Below, piece by piece: positions 9,573-18,722 of a DNA stretch of 64,000 nucleotides (position 1 is the first letter of the stretch; every line of letters starts with the position of its first letter). Position numbers and translations under genes: made by a program. The notes beneath the pieces are model-generated. The model had not been told where the DNA came from. It ran no database searches and worked only from the letters and a program-made list of their open reading frames with translations. Source of the DNA: an uncultured Actinomycetes bacterium (lineage in GTDB: Bacteria > Actinomycetota > Thermoleophilia > UBA2241); assembly GCA_963755025.1 (NCBI GenBank), contig CAVWIH010000026.1, forward strand, positions 32,001-96,000, given 5' to 3'.

Positions 9573-11774
9573 ATGTCCGCAAGCCGCGCAGGCGCCCCGT
9601 CGCACCGATCGGCGCCACCGCCGCACCCGGCGGTCGCGCCACCGCACCCCACTGCCACATCGCCGCACCCGGCGGTCGCGCCACCGCACCCGTCTGCCAC
9701 ATCGCCGCACTCGTCCCACCGCCCGCGCGCGGCGCGCTCGCGGGCCGTGCCCCAGCTCGCGCTCGGTCTGATCGGCTTGGCCCTGGTCGCAGTCTTCCTG
9801 GTGGGCATGGCCGCCCCGAGCGCCGCCTTTGCGGCCAACAAGAAGCCCTCCGTCACGAGCCTCAGCCCGGCCAGTGGCACCACGGCGGGCGGCACCATCG
9901 TGACGGTCGACGGCCGCGCCTTCACCAGCTTCGGCCGCAGCCTGGTCACCAAGGTCACGTTCGGCAAGAAGGCGGCGCGTTACCACGTGAACGCCTATAG
10001 CCAGGTGATCTGCACGGCGCCCCCCGGCAAGGGCACCGTGAACGTGATCATCACGACCAAGGGTGGCACCACCGCCAAGGTGAGCGCCGACCATTACACC
10101 TACAAGGCTCCCATCGTGGCGCCGGCCATCACCGCCTTCAGCCTTCCGGTGGACGACGCCACCGTCCACGGCGTCATCGACCAGAGCGCCCACACCATCG
10201 CCGTGACCTTGCCCTACGGCACCAGCGTCACCGCGCTCGTCGCGAGCTTCACCACCACCGGCTCCGCCGTCAAAGTGGGGGGCGTCGCCCAGGTCAGCGG
10301 CGTCACCGCCAACGACTTCAGCGCGCCGGTCATCTATACGGTGAGCGCCGCCGGCGCCCCGTCGCAGAGCTACACGGTGACCGTCACCGTCGCGCCCAGT
10401 TCGGCCAAGGCGATCACCTCGTTCGGTTTTGCGAACACCGAACCCGGCGTGACCGGCACGATCGACCAGAGCGCTCACACCATCGCCGTGACCGTTCCCT
10501 ACGGCACCCCGCTCGACGGACTGGTCGCGAGCTTCACGACCACCGGCGCCGCGGTCAAGGTCGGCGACGTCACCCAGGTTAGCGGCACGACCCACAACGA
10601 CTTCAGCGACCCGGTCGTCTACACCGTGACCGCGGCCGACGGCTCGACCCAGGACTACACCGTGAACGTCACGGTCGCCCTCAACCCAGCCAAGGCGATC
10701 ACCGCCTTCAGCTTCGACGGCCTCGATCCCGCCGTCACCGGCACGATCGACCAGACCGCGCACGCCATCACGCTGACACTGCCGTTCGGCGCCAGCACGA
10801 GCGGCCTTGTGGCGAGCTTCACGACCAGCGGCGCCTCGGTCGCGGTCGGCGACGTCGCTCAGGTCAGCGGCACCACCGCCAACGACTTCAGTGAGTCGCT
10901 GGTCTACACGGTGACCGCCGCCGACGGCTCCACGCAGGACTACACGGTGACCGTCACGGTCGCGCTCAACCCCGCCAAGGCGATCACCGACTTCGACTTC
11001 TACGGCCCCGATCTTGCCGTCGGCATGATCGACCAGAGCGACCACAGCATCGCCGTGACGGTGCCGGGCGGCACCGACGTGAGCGACCTGGTGGCGAGCT
11101 TCACGACCACTGGCGCCTCGGTCGCCGTGGGCGACGTCGCCCAGGTCAGCGGCACGACCGCCAACGACTTCAGCGACCCCGTCACCTACACGGTGACCGC
11201 CGCCGACGGATCCACGCAGGACTACACGGTTACCGTGACCGCCGTGTGGGCGCGTCCCGAGGTCGACGAGATCGCTCCGTCGAGCGGTCCACTCATCGAG
11301 GGTGGGGACGTCGATGTCTTCGGCCGCGGCTTCACCGGCGCCACCGCGGTGCACTTCGGTACGCAGGAGGCCATGGACTTCTTCGTGATGGATGACTCGG
11401 AGATGATCTGCTTCGCGCCGCCCGCTATGGAGACCGGCAGAGTCGACCTGACTGTGACCTCACCGGCCGGCACGAGCGCCACCTCGAGCAGCGACCAGTT
11501 CACCTACCTGCCCGAGGTCGACCGCGTCAGTCCGAACAGCGGTGACACTGATGGCGGCTACACCGTCACGATCGAAGGCATGGGTCTCGACGGCGCCACC
11601 AACGTCGACTTCGGTGCCAACAACCCGGCCGTCATCACCTACGATGACTATGATGAGATCCAGTGCATCGTGCCCGCCTGGTTGCCGCAAGACCCCCTGG
11701 ACTCGCCGGTCACGGTCACCGTCCCGGCGGGCACGAGCAACGGCTGGCTCACGTTCCACTACGAAGCCGACTGA
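9573..11774 (+). CDS. Cell-surface protein paralog: IPT/TIG + 4 Ig-like repeats, no DUF1566 domain
   Basis: Same RBS/leader (CGCGTTCGAGGAGACAGCCCATG) and architecture as 6423..9110; Pro/His-rich N-terminal repeats before the signal peptide. Confidence 0.9.
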   Translation: MSASRAGAPSHRSAPPPHPAVAPPHPTATSPHPAVAPPHPSATSPHSSHRPRAARSRAVPQLALGLIGLALVAVFLVGMAAPSAAFAANKKPSVTSLSPASGTTAGGTIVTVDGRAFTSFGRSLVTKVTFGKKAARYHVNAYSQVICTAPPGKGTVNVIITTKGGTTAKVSADHYTYKAPIVAPAITAFSLPVDDATVHGVIDQSAHTIAVTLPYGTSVTALVASFTTTGSAVKVGGVAQVSGVTANDFSAPVIYTVSAAGAPSQSYTVTVTVAPSSAKAITSFGFANTEPGVTGTIDQSAHTIAVTVPYGTPLDGLVASFTTTGAAVKVGDVTQVSGTTHNDFSDPVVYTVTAADGSTQDYTVNVTVALNPAKAITAFSFDGLDPAVTGTIDQTAHAITLTLPFGASTSGLVASFTTSGASVAVGDVAQVSGTTANDFSESLVYTVTAADGSTQDYTVTVTVALNPAKAITDFDFYGPDLAVGMIDQSDHSIAVTVPGGTDVSDLVASFTTTGASVAVGDVAQVSGTTANDFSDPVTYTVTAADGSTQDYTVTVTAVWARPEVDEIAPSSGPLIEGGDVDVFGRGFTGATAVHFGTQEAMDFFVMDDSEMICFAPPAMETGRVDLTVTSPAGTSATSSSDQFTYLPEVDRVSPNSGDTDGGYTVTIEGMGLDGATNVDFGANNPAVITYDDYDEIQCIVPAWLPQDPLDSPVTVTVPAGTSNGWLTFHYEAD

Positions 11775-11879
11775 GCTCTGCGTCGGGCTGGACCTGCGCA
11801 GAGGGCCGGCCCTGCGCGTCGGGCCCACCTTGCGCGTCGGGCCGGGTGGGCCGACGGTCTCACAAGCGGCGCGCGTACG

Positions 11880-11917
11880 AACGGCGAGGGGCCCGCGAAA
11901 GCGGGCCCCTCGCCGTT
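11880..11917. terminator. Hairpin between convergent genes (possible bidirectional terminator)
   Basis: AACGGCGAGGGGCCCGC-GAAA-GCGGGCCCCTCGCCGTT. Confidence 0.7.
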
Positions 11918-11988
11918 GTCTTCGCTCGGCTCACATCGCGCGGCGCTCCGCGCCGGGCGGCCGACCCCGCGCCCGCGCGGGGCGCGCG

Positions 11989-13200
11989 CTACCTCACCGA
12001 GAACGTCTTCATCGCGGACTTGCAGGCCGTGCAGCCCTTCGTGCTCGAGTAGGTCACCTGCATCTCCCACGCGCCCGCGTAGGCGAGCTTGCCCGAGGCG
12101 GTGAGCTTGCCCGACGAGCTCGCCCTCATCGTCAGCGTGCTGCGCAGGTGCCAGAACAGTACCTTCTTGCCGTTCACCGTCTTGGTCTCGCGGTGCCAGA
12201 GACGCAGTCTCGACGTGCCTTTGGCGGCCGCGGCGGGCGGCGTCAGCGTGGCCGCGAAGGCGAGCTTCTTGCCGTGGGTCAGCCGGGCCCCCTTGGCGGC
12301 GGACACGCTCGGCCTGGTGAGGCTCGTCGAGACCAGAAGGTTCATGGTGATCGGCGACGCCGTGTTCGACTCGACCTCGAAGTGCCCCACGCCCTTCCCA
12401 GTCGACTGGCCGGCGTCGTCGACGCCCGCCTTGTAGGGCACGCCGCCGAGCCAGACCTTGGCGTAGCCGTCTTCGTCGAACAGCAGGGTGTACCAGCTGT
12501 CGGTCGCCAACGTGGGGTCGGCGGAGTAGGTGAACCGGCCGTTCGCGTCGGTCGTGACCTGGTTCTCGTCGATGGGCGTGTCGCCCACCGTCACCTTGTC
12601 GTAGTGGAAGATCGACACCGTGACGTTCTGAAGCGGCAGGCCGGTGCTCGCGTCGAGCACGGTGCCGTCGATGGTGCCGGCGTAGGGTTCGAGGACGGCG
12701 TCGACGCCGGTCTTGTAGATGCCGGTCGGGGCGACGGCGAAGCTCGACGCGATCTCCTGCGCCTGCCAGTCCCACTGCCAGATGTCCGCCTGGGCGAAGA
12801 AGCCTTCGGCGTTGTCGTACCACTGCGGCCGGTAGATCGTGTCGACCCCCACGGTGGGGGCCCAGAACAGCACGGCGTAGGTGCCTTCGTAGCCGGGATC
12901 GTTCTGGTCGGGGGGTCCCCAATAGCCCGTGTCGTAGGAGAGTGTGTAGTCGCCGTCGATGTCGGTGTACTCGTCGTCGGCGGCGAACCAGGGGTCGTCC
13001 GCGTCGGGGGTGATCGTGTTGCGATAGAGGATCACGTGCACGTCCTGGAGCGGCGCGCCGGAGCCGTCGGTGACCTGGCCGGAGACGTGGAAGGGGGGAA
13101 TGGTGTCGGCGCGGGCCTGGCCCGCCCAGACCGCCATGGCGGCCGCGCCGGCGACCACCAGCGCGACGCACAGGAGCAAATGCATGCGGTTGCCGATCAT
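11989..13200 (-). CDS. Secreted protein with carboxypeptidase-regulatory-like (Cna-B type) domains and a basic C-terminal domain
   Basis: Signal peptide ending AGQARA; 'VSGQVTDGSGAPLQDVHV', 'IDGTVLDASTGLPLQNVTVS..VTTDANGRFTY'. Confidence 0.8.
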   Translation of the reverse strand: MIGNRMHLLLCVALVVAGAAAMAVWAGQARADTIPPFHVSGQVTDGSGAPLQDVHVILYRNTITPDADDPWFAADDEYTDIDGDYTLSYDTGYWGPPDQNDPGYEGTYAVLFWAPTVGVDTIYRPQWYDNAEGFFAQADIWQWDWQAQEIASSFAVAPTGIYKTGVDAVLEPYAGTIDGTVLDASTGLPLQNVTVSIFHYDKVTVGDTPIDENQVTTDANGRFTYSADPTLATDSWYTLLFDEDGYAKVWLGGVPYKAGVDDAGQSTGKGVGHFEVESNTASPITMNLLVSTSLTRPSVSAAKGARLTHGKKLAFAATLTPPAAAAKGTSRLRLWHRETKTVNGKKVLFWHLRSTLTMRASSSGKLTASGKLAYAGAWEMQVTYSSTKGCTACKSAMKTFSVR

Positions 13201-13413
13201 CTTGAACCCCCCAGTCCTGGACCCGATTGACCCTGCTCGAGTCGGCCCCTGCCTCAGAGAGATCCTGAAGCGAAAGGCCCTACGATAATGACCATCTTAT
13301 GTGAGCAGGGAGCGCGGGCGCCAGCGGTCGCCCGGCGGGCCTGACGCACCGGCTCGACAAGCCCATCGCGCCGGCCGTATCGTGGAAGGCCTGCTACGAA
13401 AGGCGTGTCTGGC

Positions 13414-16400
13414 ATGTCCCGCTTGCTCTACCGACTCGGCGCCTGGTGCGCGCGGCGCAAGGTCGTCGTCTTTCTGGCTTGGCTGGCGGTCATCGCCCTG
13501 GTGGCGGCCGGCGTGGTCGCCTTTGGGCTGCGCACCAACAACGACGTCACTCTGCCGGGCACCGGCGCCCAGCACGCCTCCGACATCCTGCGCCAGAGCT
13601 TTCCGCCCCAGCAGAACAGCCAGAGCCCGGTCGTCTTTCACGCAACGCAGGGCAAGGTCACCGACGCCGGCAACAAGCGCGCCATCGAGAGCTCGCTCGC
13701 CGCCATCGCGCACGCCGGCCACGTGGCCACTGTCACGAGCCCCTTCTCGCCGCGCGCCGGCAAGCCGCAGGTGAGCGCCGACGGCACCACGGCCGTCGCC
13801 GAGGTGCTGCTCGACGTCAACGGCTTTCAGCTCACCAAGCAGGTCGCCGCCAGCGTGATGGCCGGCGCCGACCCGGCGCGCAAGGCCGGCCTGCAGGTCG
13901 AGGCCGGCGGGTCGCTGGGCACCGTGATCTCGCAGACCAAGCCGCGCGGCAGCGAGCTGATCGGTACCGTGGCGGCGGTCATCATCCTGGCCTTCACCTT
14001 CGGCTCGCTGGTCGCCGCCGGGCTGCCGCTGGTGACCGCCCTGATCGGGCTGGGGATAGGGCTGGGCCTCGTCGGCCTGCTCGGCCACCTCGTCGCCATT
14101 CCCGACTCGGGGCCCACCGTGGCGGCCATGATCGGCCTGGGCGTGGGCATCGACTACGCGCTCTTCATCGTCTTTCGCCACCGCGACGAGCTCGCCGCCG
14201 GCACGCCGGTCGCCGAGTCGATCGCGCGCACCATGGCGACCTCGGGCAGCGCCGTGGTGTTCGCCGGCTGCACGGTCATCATCGCGCTGCTCGCCTTGCT
14301 CGTGTCGCGCGTGCCGCTGCTGGGGGCGATGGGCTACGCCGCCGGCATCGCCGTGCTGGTGGCGGTGCTGGCCGCGATCACGCTGCTGCCCGCCCTGCTC
14401 TCGCTGCTCGGCCACCGCATCGACGGGCTGCGGCTCGGCGGGCGCCGGGCCGCTGTGCGGCAGGGCGCCGGGGCGGCGACGGTCGCCGCCGGGGCGGCGG
14501 GGGAGGCCGATGCGCAGACCGCCGCTACGGCGGCGGGGGAGACTGGTGCGCAGCCTGCCGCGCGTTCGGGCGCCGACAACGTCTGGGGGCGCTGGGCGGC
14601 GCTCGTCACCCGGCACCCGTGGCTGGCCCTCGGCGCCGCCCTGCTCGTCATGGTGCCGCTGGCGCTGCCCACGCTCACCCTCAAGCTCGGTCAAGAGGAC
14701 GTGGGCGTGACGCCCACCTCGACCACGCAGCGCCGCGCCTTCGACCTGGTCTCCTCGGCCCTCGGCCCGGGCGCCAACGGCCCGCTGGCGATCGCCTCGC
14801 GGTTCGACCCGGTGGCCACGCCCAGCACCGAGTACACCACTGACAACAACAAGGCGCAGGCCCTCAAGCGCCAGATCGACGCCGGCCGGCGCAGCCTGAG
14901 CGCGAAGAGCGCGGCGCTCAAGAAAGAGCACGCCGCGCTGACCGCCGACCAGGCCGCGCTGCAGGCGCAGTCGGCGCAGCTGCACGCCGGCCAGAGCGCG
15001 CTGCAGTCACAGGCGGCCGCCTTGCAGGCACAGAGATCGCAGTTACTCGGCGAGGAGGCGGCTCTGACGGCAAGAAAGGATCGCCTCGCCGCCGAGTCGC
15101 AGGCCCTGGCCGCCAGGGGCAAGGCGCTGGCCGCGCAGATCGCCGCCGTGCAGCAGCAGATCGCCGCCTCGAGCGACCCGGCGCAGGTAGCGCAGCTCGA
15201 GGCGCAGCTCGCCGCGCTCGCGGCGCAGGCCCAATCGGTCCAGGCGCAGAGCGCGGCGCTGCAGAAGCAGGCGGCGCCGCTGGTCGCCCAGGGCAAGCGG
15301 CTCGCCGCTCAGGGCGACGCGCTCGCTGCGCAGGGCGATACGCTCAGCGCGCAGGGCGCGGCGCTGCAGGCCAAGGCGAACGACCTCGCGGCTCAGGGCG
15401 CGGCGCTGAAGCGCCGCGCCGCCAGCCTCACGAGCCGGGCCGACCAGCTCCGCCAGGAGCAGCGCCGTCTCACCGCCCAGGGCAAGCAGGCCGAGGCGCT
15501 CAAGAAGAAGCTCACGGCTATGCTCACCAAGGCGGGCGGCGAGGCGCGCGCCACCGACCCGCGCGTGGTGGCGCTGCAGGACGCGCTGGCGCGCACGGCC
15601 GGCGTGGCCTCGGTCTCCCCGCCGCGCGTCGACAAGGGCGGCGACGCCGTCATGCTCGGCGTCACCGCCACGACGCGCCCGGCCGACCCCAAGACGGTCG
15701 CCCTCGTGCGGCGCCTGCGCGACACTGTGATCCCGGCGGCCACCAAGGGCCAGGGCGTGACCGCCTACGTGGGCGGCAAGACGGCGGCCTTCGTCGACCT
15801 GGCGACGCTCATCGGCGCGCGCCTGCCGCTCGTGATCGCCACCGTGCTGGCGCTGAGCTTTCTCGTGCTGCTGCTCGCCTTTCGCTCGCTGCTCGTGCCG
15901 CTCAAGGCGATCCTCTGCAACCTGCTCGCGGTCGCCGCGGCCTTCGGCATCATCACGGCCGTCTTTCAGTGGGGCTGGGGGCTGAGCCTGGTCGGCCTGG
16001 CCAACCCCTACGGCACCGTGCCGATCGTGAGCTACGTGCCGCTGCTCATGTTCGCCGTGCTGTTCGGCATGTCGACCGACTACGAGGTCTTTCTCATCAG
16101 CCAGATCTTTCAGTTCCACGCGGCGGGGCAGGGGCCGCACGAGGCGGTGCGCTCCGGCGTGGGCACGAGCGCCCGGGTGATCACCGCCGCGGCCGCGATC
16201 ATGGTGACGGTCTTCGCCAGCTTCGTCTTGAACGGCGACCCGGTGATCAAGGAGTTCGGCGTGGGCCTGTCGATCGCCATCCTGCTCGACGCCACCATCG
16301 TGCGCCTGGTCATCGTGCCGGCCACCATGGTGCTGCTCGGCGAGTGGAACTGGTACCTGCCGCGCTGGCTGCAGTGGCTGCCGCGCATCGACCTGCCGCA

Positions 16401-16461
16401 AGAGGCGCCGGCCGGCGGCGCCGGCGAGGCGCCGGCCGGCGAAGCCGCGCCGGCGGGGTGA
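13414..16461 (+). CDS. MMPL (RND superfamily) transporter with a long coiled-coil insertion
   Basis: 'MIGLGVGIDYALFIVFRHRDEL', 'FAVLFGMSTDYEVFL', 'LLDATIVRLVIVPA..LLGEWNWYLPRWL'; ~200-aa Ala/Gln/Leu heptad region. Confidence 0.92.
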   Translation: MSRLLYRLGAWCARRKVVVFLAWLAVIALVAAGVVAFGLRTNNDVTLPGTGAQHASDILRQSFPPQQNSQSPVVFHATQGKVTDAGNKRAIESSLAAIAHAGHVATVTSPFSPRAGKPQVSADGTTAVAEVLLDVNGFQLTKQVAASVMAGADPARKAGLQVEAGGSLGTVISQTKPRGSELIGTVAAVIILAFTFGSLVAAGLPLVTALIGLGIGLGLVGLLGHLVAIPDSGPTVAAMIGLGVGIDYALFIVFRHRDELAAGTPVAESIARTMATSGSAVVFAGCTVIIALLALLVSRVPLLGAMGYAAGIAVLVAVLAAITLLPALLSLLGHRIDGLRLGGRRAAVRQGAGAATVAAGAAGEADAQTAATAAGETGAQPAARSGADNVWGRWAALVTRHPWLALGAALLVMVPLALPTLTLKLGQEDVGVTPTSTTQRRAFDLVSSALGPGANGPLAIASRFDPVATPSTEYTTDNNKAQALKRQIDAGRRSLSAKSAALKKEHAALTADQAALQAQSAQLHAGQSALQSQAAALQAQRSQLLGEEAALTARKDRLAAESQALAARGKALAAQIAAVQQQIAASSDPAQVAQLEAQLAALAAQAQSVQAQSAALQKQAAPLVAQGKRLAAQGDALAAQGDTLSAQGAALQAKANDLAAQGAALKRRAASLTSRADQLRQEQRRLTAQGKQAEALKKKLTAMLTKAGGEARATDPRVVALQDALARTAGVASVSPPRVDKGGDAVMLGVTATTRPADPKTVALVRRLRDTVIPAATKGQGVTAYVGGKTAAFVDLATLIGARLPLVIATVLALSFLVLLLAFRSLLVPLKAILCNLLAVAAAFGIITAVFQWGWGLSLVGLANPYGTVPIVSYVPLLMFAVLFGMSTDYEVFLISQIFQFHAAGQGPHEAVRSGVGTSARVITAAAAIMVTVFASFVLNGDPVIKEFGVGLSIAILLDATIVRLVIVPATMVLLGEWNWYLPRWLQWLPRIDLPQEAPAGGAGEAPAGEAAPAG

Positions 16462-16766
16462 GCGCCCCACCCCGCGTAGGCAGCGTCCGCACACTTGCTG
16501 GCGGTCCCTGAGCGCGGAGTCCGGGGGCAAAGGCGGCGGCGATCTCATCACCATCACTGGGGCGGGCTTTACGGGCGCCACCGAGGTCGACGTTGGCGCG
16601 GGCAACCCGGCCGGCGATGTGAGCGTCGACTCCGATTCGCAGATCACCTGCACCGTCCCCGCCTGGGACCCGAGCGGCACCGAGCTTCCGTACGTGACGG
16701 TGACGGTCCCGGCCGGCACGAGCGGGGGCGCTCGACGGCGTCACCTACCACTACCTGAGGCGCTGA
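16462..16766 (+). pseudogene. Remnant of a third surface-protein paralog (upstream motif fused directly to the last IPT domain)
   Basis: TAGGCA(16477)-N5-CGCACACTTG directly followed by 'SLSAESGGKGGGDLITITGAGFTGATEVDVGAGNPA..DSQITCTVPAW..VTVTVPAGTS', homologous to the C-termini of 6423..9110 and 9573..11774; no promoter, start codon or signal peptide. Confidence 0.7.
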
Positions 16767-16876
16767 CCGGCGGCGGTGAGCGGCCGGAGCGCGCGAAGCG
16801 TGACGCGCGCGCGGAGCGCTCTCGCGCCGCCCGATCGGTCGCAGGCGACGCCGGCAGCGCGGACCAGGCGCCCCCG

Positions 16877-16960
16877 CTGGGTACTGCGCCCCAGCCCTGC
16901 TAGGCACCCTCGGCACACTTGCTCTGGGGCCGTTAACTCCGGCCTGGCGGGGGTCGATAG
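16877..16960 (+). promoter_or_regulatory. Repeated upstream cassette with sigma28-like promoter, copy 3
   Basis: CTGGGTAC..CCCCA..TAGGCA(16901)-N5-GGCACACTTG; TTAA(16933)-N16-GTCGATAG(16953). Confidence 0.6.
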
Positions 16961-16961
16961 C

Positions 16962-17040
16962 TTCAAGTAGACCCCGGCAAGGGGACGGATCGGCCGCTTG
17001 GCAGACCCGCGCGGTTCGAAGCCGGGAGCTAAGCGGCAGG
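16962..17040 (+). ncRNA. GEMM-like structured leader, copy 3 (more diverged)
   Basis: CCCC-GGCAA-GGGGACG hairpin, then a 10-bp stem GCCGCUUGGC/GCUAAGCGGC closing just before the AGGAGG RBS. Confidence 0.35.
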
Positions 17041-17049
17041 AGGCAGATC

Positions 17050-17540
17050 GTGGGCGAGCAAGACGTGGGGCGGGCGGGCCGGCACACGGTACCGGCAGCG
17101 CCGCGGCTCACTCGTTTGGGCGCTCGCGAGGGCGCGTCGTTGGCACGGTCGGGTTCGCGCCGGCCGTCGTCGTCGCCCTTCGGCTTTCATGTAGAGGCCC
17201 CGGCGTTGCCGGGCGCCGGTGAGGTCGTGGCGTGGCTGCCGGGAACCGACGAGCTCGCGCCGTCGCTGTTCGGCGCCGCGGAGCTCGAGCCGGCTTCGCC
17301 GGGCGACCCGAAGACGCGCCCTGTCGCGTATAGCGTCGCTGTTCACCGCGGGCCTGCTCGGTGTCGTCGTGGCGCTCCTGTTCGTGCTCGCCGCGGCCGC
17401 GCCGCGATGACCGTGTCGTTACAGCAGAACGTCGCCGAAACGACGCCCGCGGTGGTACCCGCGGGCGTCGTCGGCGACGCCTGCTTGTGCGCCCGTCTGG
17501 CGGGCGGCTACGTCAGCGCGATCGAGCGCGCACGACTTAG
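17050..17540 (+). CDS. Hypothetical membrane protein, probably frameshifted; end uncertain
   Basis: GTG 17050 after AGGAGG; a TM-like segment 'LFTAGLLGVVVALLFVLAAAA' lies in an adjacent frame. Confidence 0.35.
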
Positions 17541-17550
17541 CGGGAGTCGG

Positions 17551-17643
17551 TCAGTCCCACTTCCACCACGCGCCGCTGGCGACGGCCAGGGCGACGACGA
17601 GCGCCAGGCCGATCACGACTCTGCTGTACATGAACCTTTTCAT
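17551..17643 (-). CDS. Small peptide B, 30 aa: MKRFMYSRVVIGLALVVALAVASGAWWKWD
   Basis: Purine-rich RBS (GAGAGAGGG) before the ATG; paralogous to 17698..17793; below the ORF-track cutoff. Confidence 0.7.
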   Translation of the reverse strand: MKRFMYSRVVIGLALVVALAVASGAWWKWD

Positions 17644-17697
17644 GTTCCCTCTCTCTCGTTCACAGTTCCGCTGTGCGCCTTGGGCTGCAGCCGTGGT

Positions 17698-17793
17698 TCA
17701 GCACCACTTCTTGGCCGCGCCACTCGCCAGGGCGATCGACGCGATCAGCGCCACCATCCCGAGCCTCGGGTACTTGCCGTACAAGACTTTCAT
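17698..17793 (-). CDS. Small peptide A, 31 aa: MKVLYGKYPRLGMVALIASIALASGAAKKWC
   Basis: Strong RBS AAGGGAGG a few nt before the ATG; shares the C-terminal ASGAxxKW motif with peptide B. Confidence 0.7.
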   Translation of the reverse strand: MKVLYGKYPRLGMVALIASIALASGAAKKWC

Positions 17794-17884
17794 CTCAACC
17801 TCCCTTCGGTGACCCTTCCTGCTTGACCCTGTCACCACGCGCCGGGTCTGCGCGCCGAGCATCGACTGGTCCCACCGCTTCTCT

Positions 17885-17912
17885 ATATCGGCATCGCCTC
17901 TGTCGGACTTCA
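17885..17912 (-). promoter_or_regulatory. Sigma28-like promoter for the peptide pair
   Basis: Minus strand TGAA-N16-GCCGATAT; the -10 element matches the SigD/FliA consensus exactly. Confidence 0.65.
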
Positions 17913-18161
17913 CTTTTGAGGCTGGCGGCGTGAGCGCAGAAACTGCCTGCAAAACGCGGGAATCAGCGAAACGCGATACTAACGTGGCAACACGTACGCC
18001 GTTGGGGAGGGGTCGCGTGGGGTGGCCGGCGGCGCCGCGAGCAGCGCGCCGTGGCGTGTCCCCCAACGAGCCGCCGACGAGCGCATCCGAGCCTGCGGCG
18101 GTATGATGCCCGACACGGATGGCGCGCCCGGCGCCCCACGATCTCAGTGAAAGGCGGCCCG

Positions 18162-18560
18162 ATGAAACCCGAGAACCTCGGCGAGTACCGCGGCCACCGC
18201 GTGACGCTGGACTGGCGCGAGGGCGGCATCGAAGAGCTGCGCATCGCCTGGACCGACTGGCTGCTCTCCATCGACGAGCAGACCTTTTACCTGGGACAGG
18301 ACACGCGCTTCGTCGAAGACGTCCTCGACTGCGACTTCGCCGACTTCGTGGCGGCGGCCCACAGGCGCGCCGACCTGATCGTGCCGGTGGGCTCGCCGGC
18401 CGGCACCGACTACGACCACGAGCTGCTCAAGGCGACCCTGGCCGCCGGCGTGCTCGACGCGCTCGAGGCGCTCTACCGCGAGCGCGGCGAGGAGTTCCTC
18501 GAGGTCGTGGGCGAGCTCGACCCCTGGGCGCTCACGGCGAACGCCAACTACGACTCGTAG
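18162..18560 (+). CDS. Hypothetical protein (acidic)
   Basis: ATG 18162 after GAAAGG; typical codon usage; 'FYLGQDTRFVEDVLDCDF'. Confidence 0.65.
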   Translation: MKPENLGEYRGHRVTLDWREGGIEELRIAWTDWLLSIDEQTFYLGQDTRFVEDVLDCDFADFVAAAHRRADLIVPVGSPAGTDYDHELLKATLAAGVLDALEALYRERGEEFLEVVGELDPWALTANANYDS

Positions 18561-18722
18561 GGGCGCCCATAGGGCCCACGGGCCGCAGGAGCGGCAAGCC
18601 TCAGCTTTCGCTAGAGGGTTAGCTCTGCGGTCTCGGGCTGTGCCGGCCGGCTCACGGTCTCGATTCGCGGCAAGCTCAGACACAGAGGTCGTGCCGAGCC
18701 CCGGCGGGGCCCCGATCGCCTG

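Noticed and set aside
17644-17700. Selenocysteine read-through fusing the two peptides (TGA followed by an open in-frame 54-nt spacer with a small hairpin)
   Set aside because: Peptide B has its own RBS and ends at the same position relative to the KW motif. In-frame spacing has a 1-in-3 chance and the hairpin is weak.
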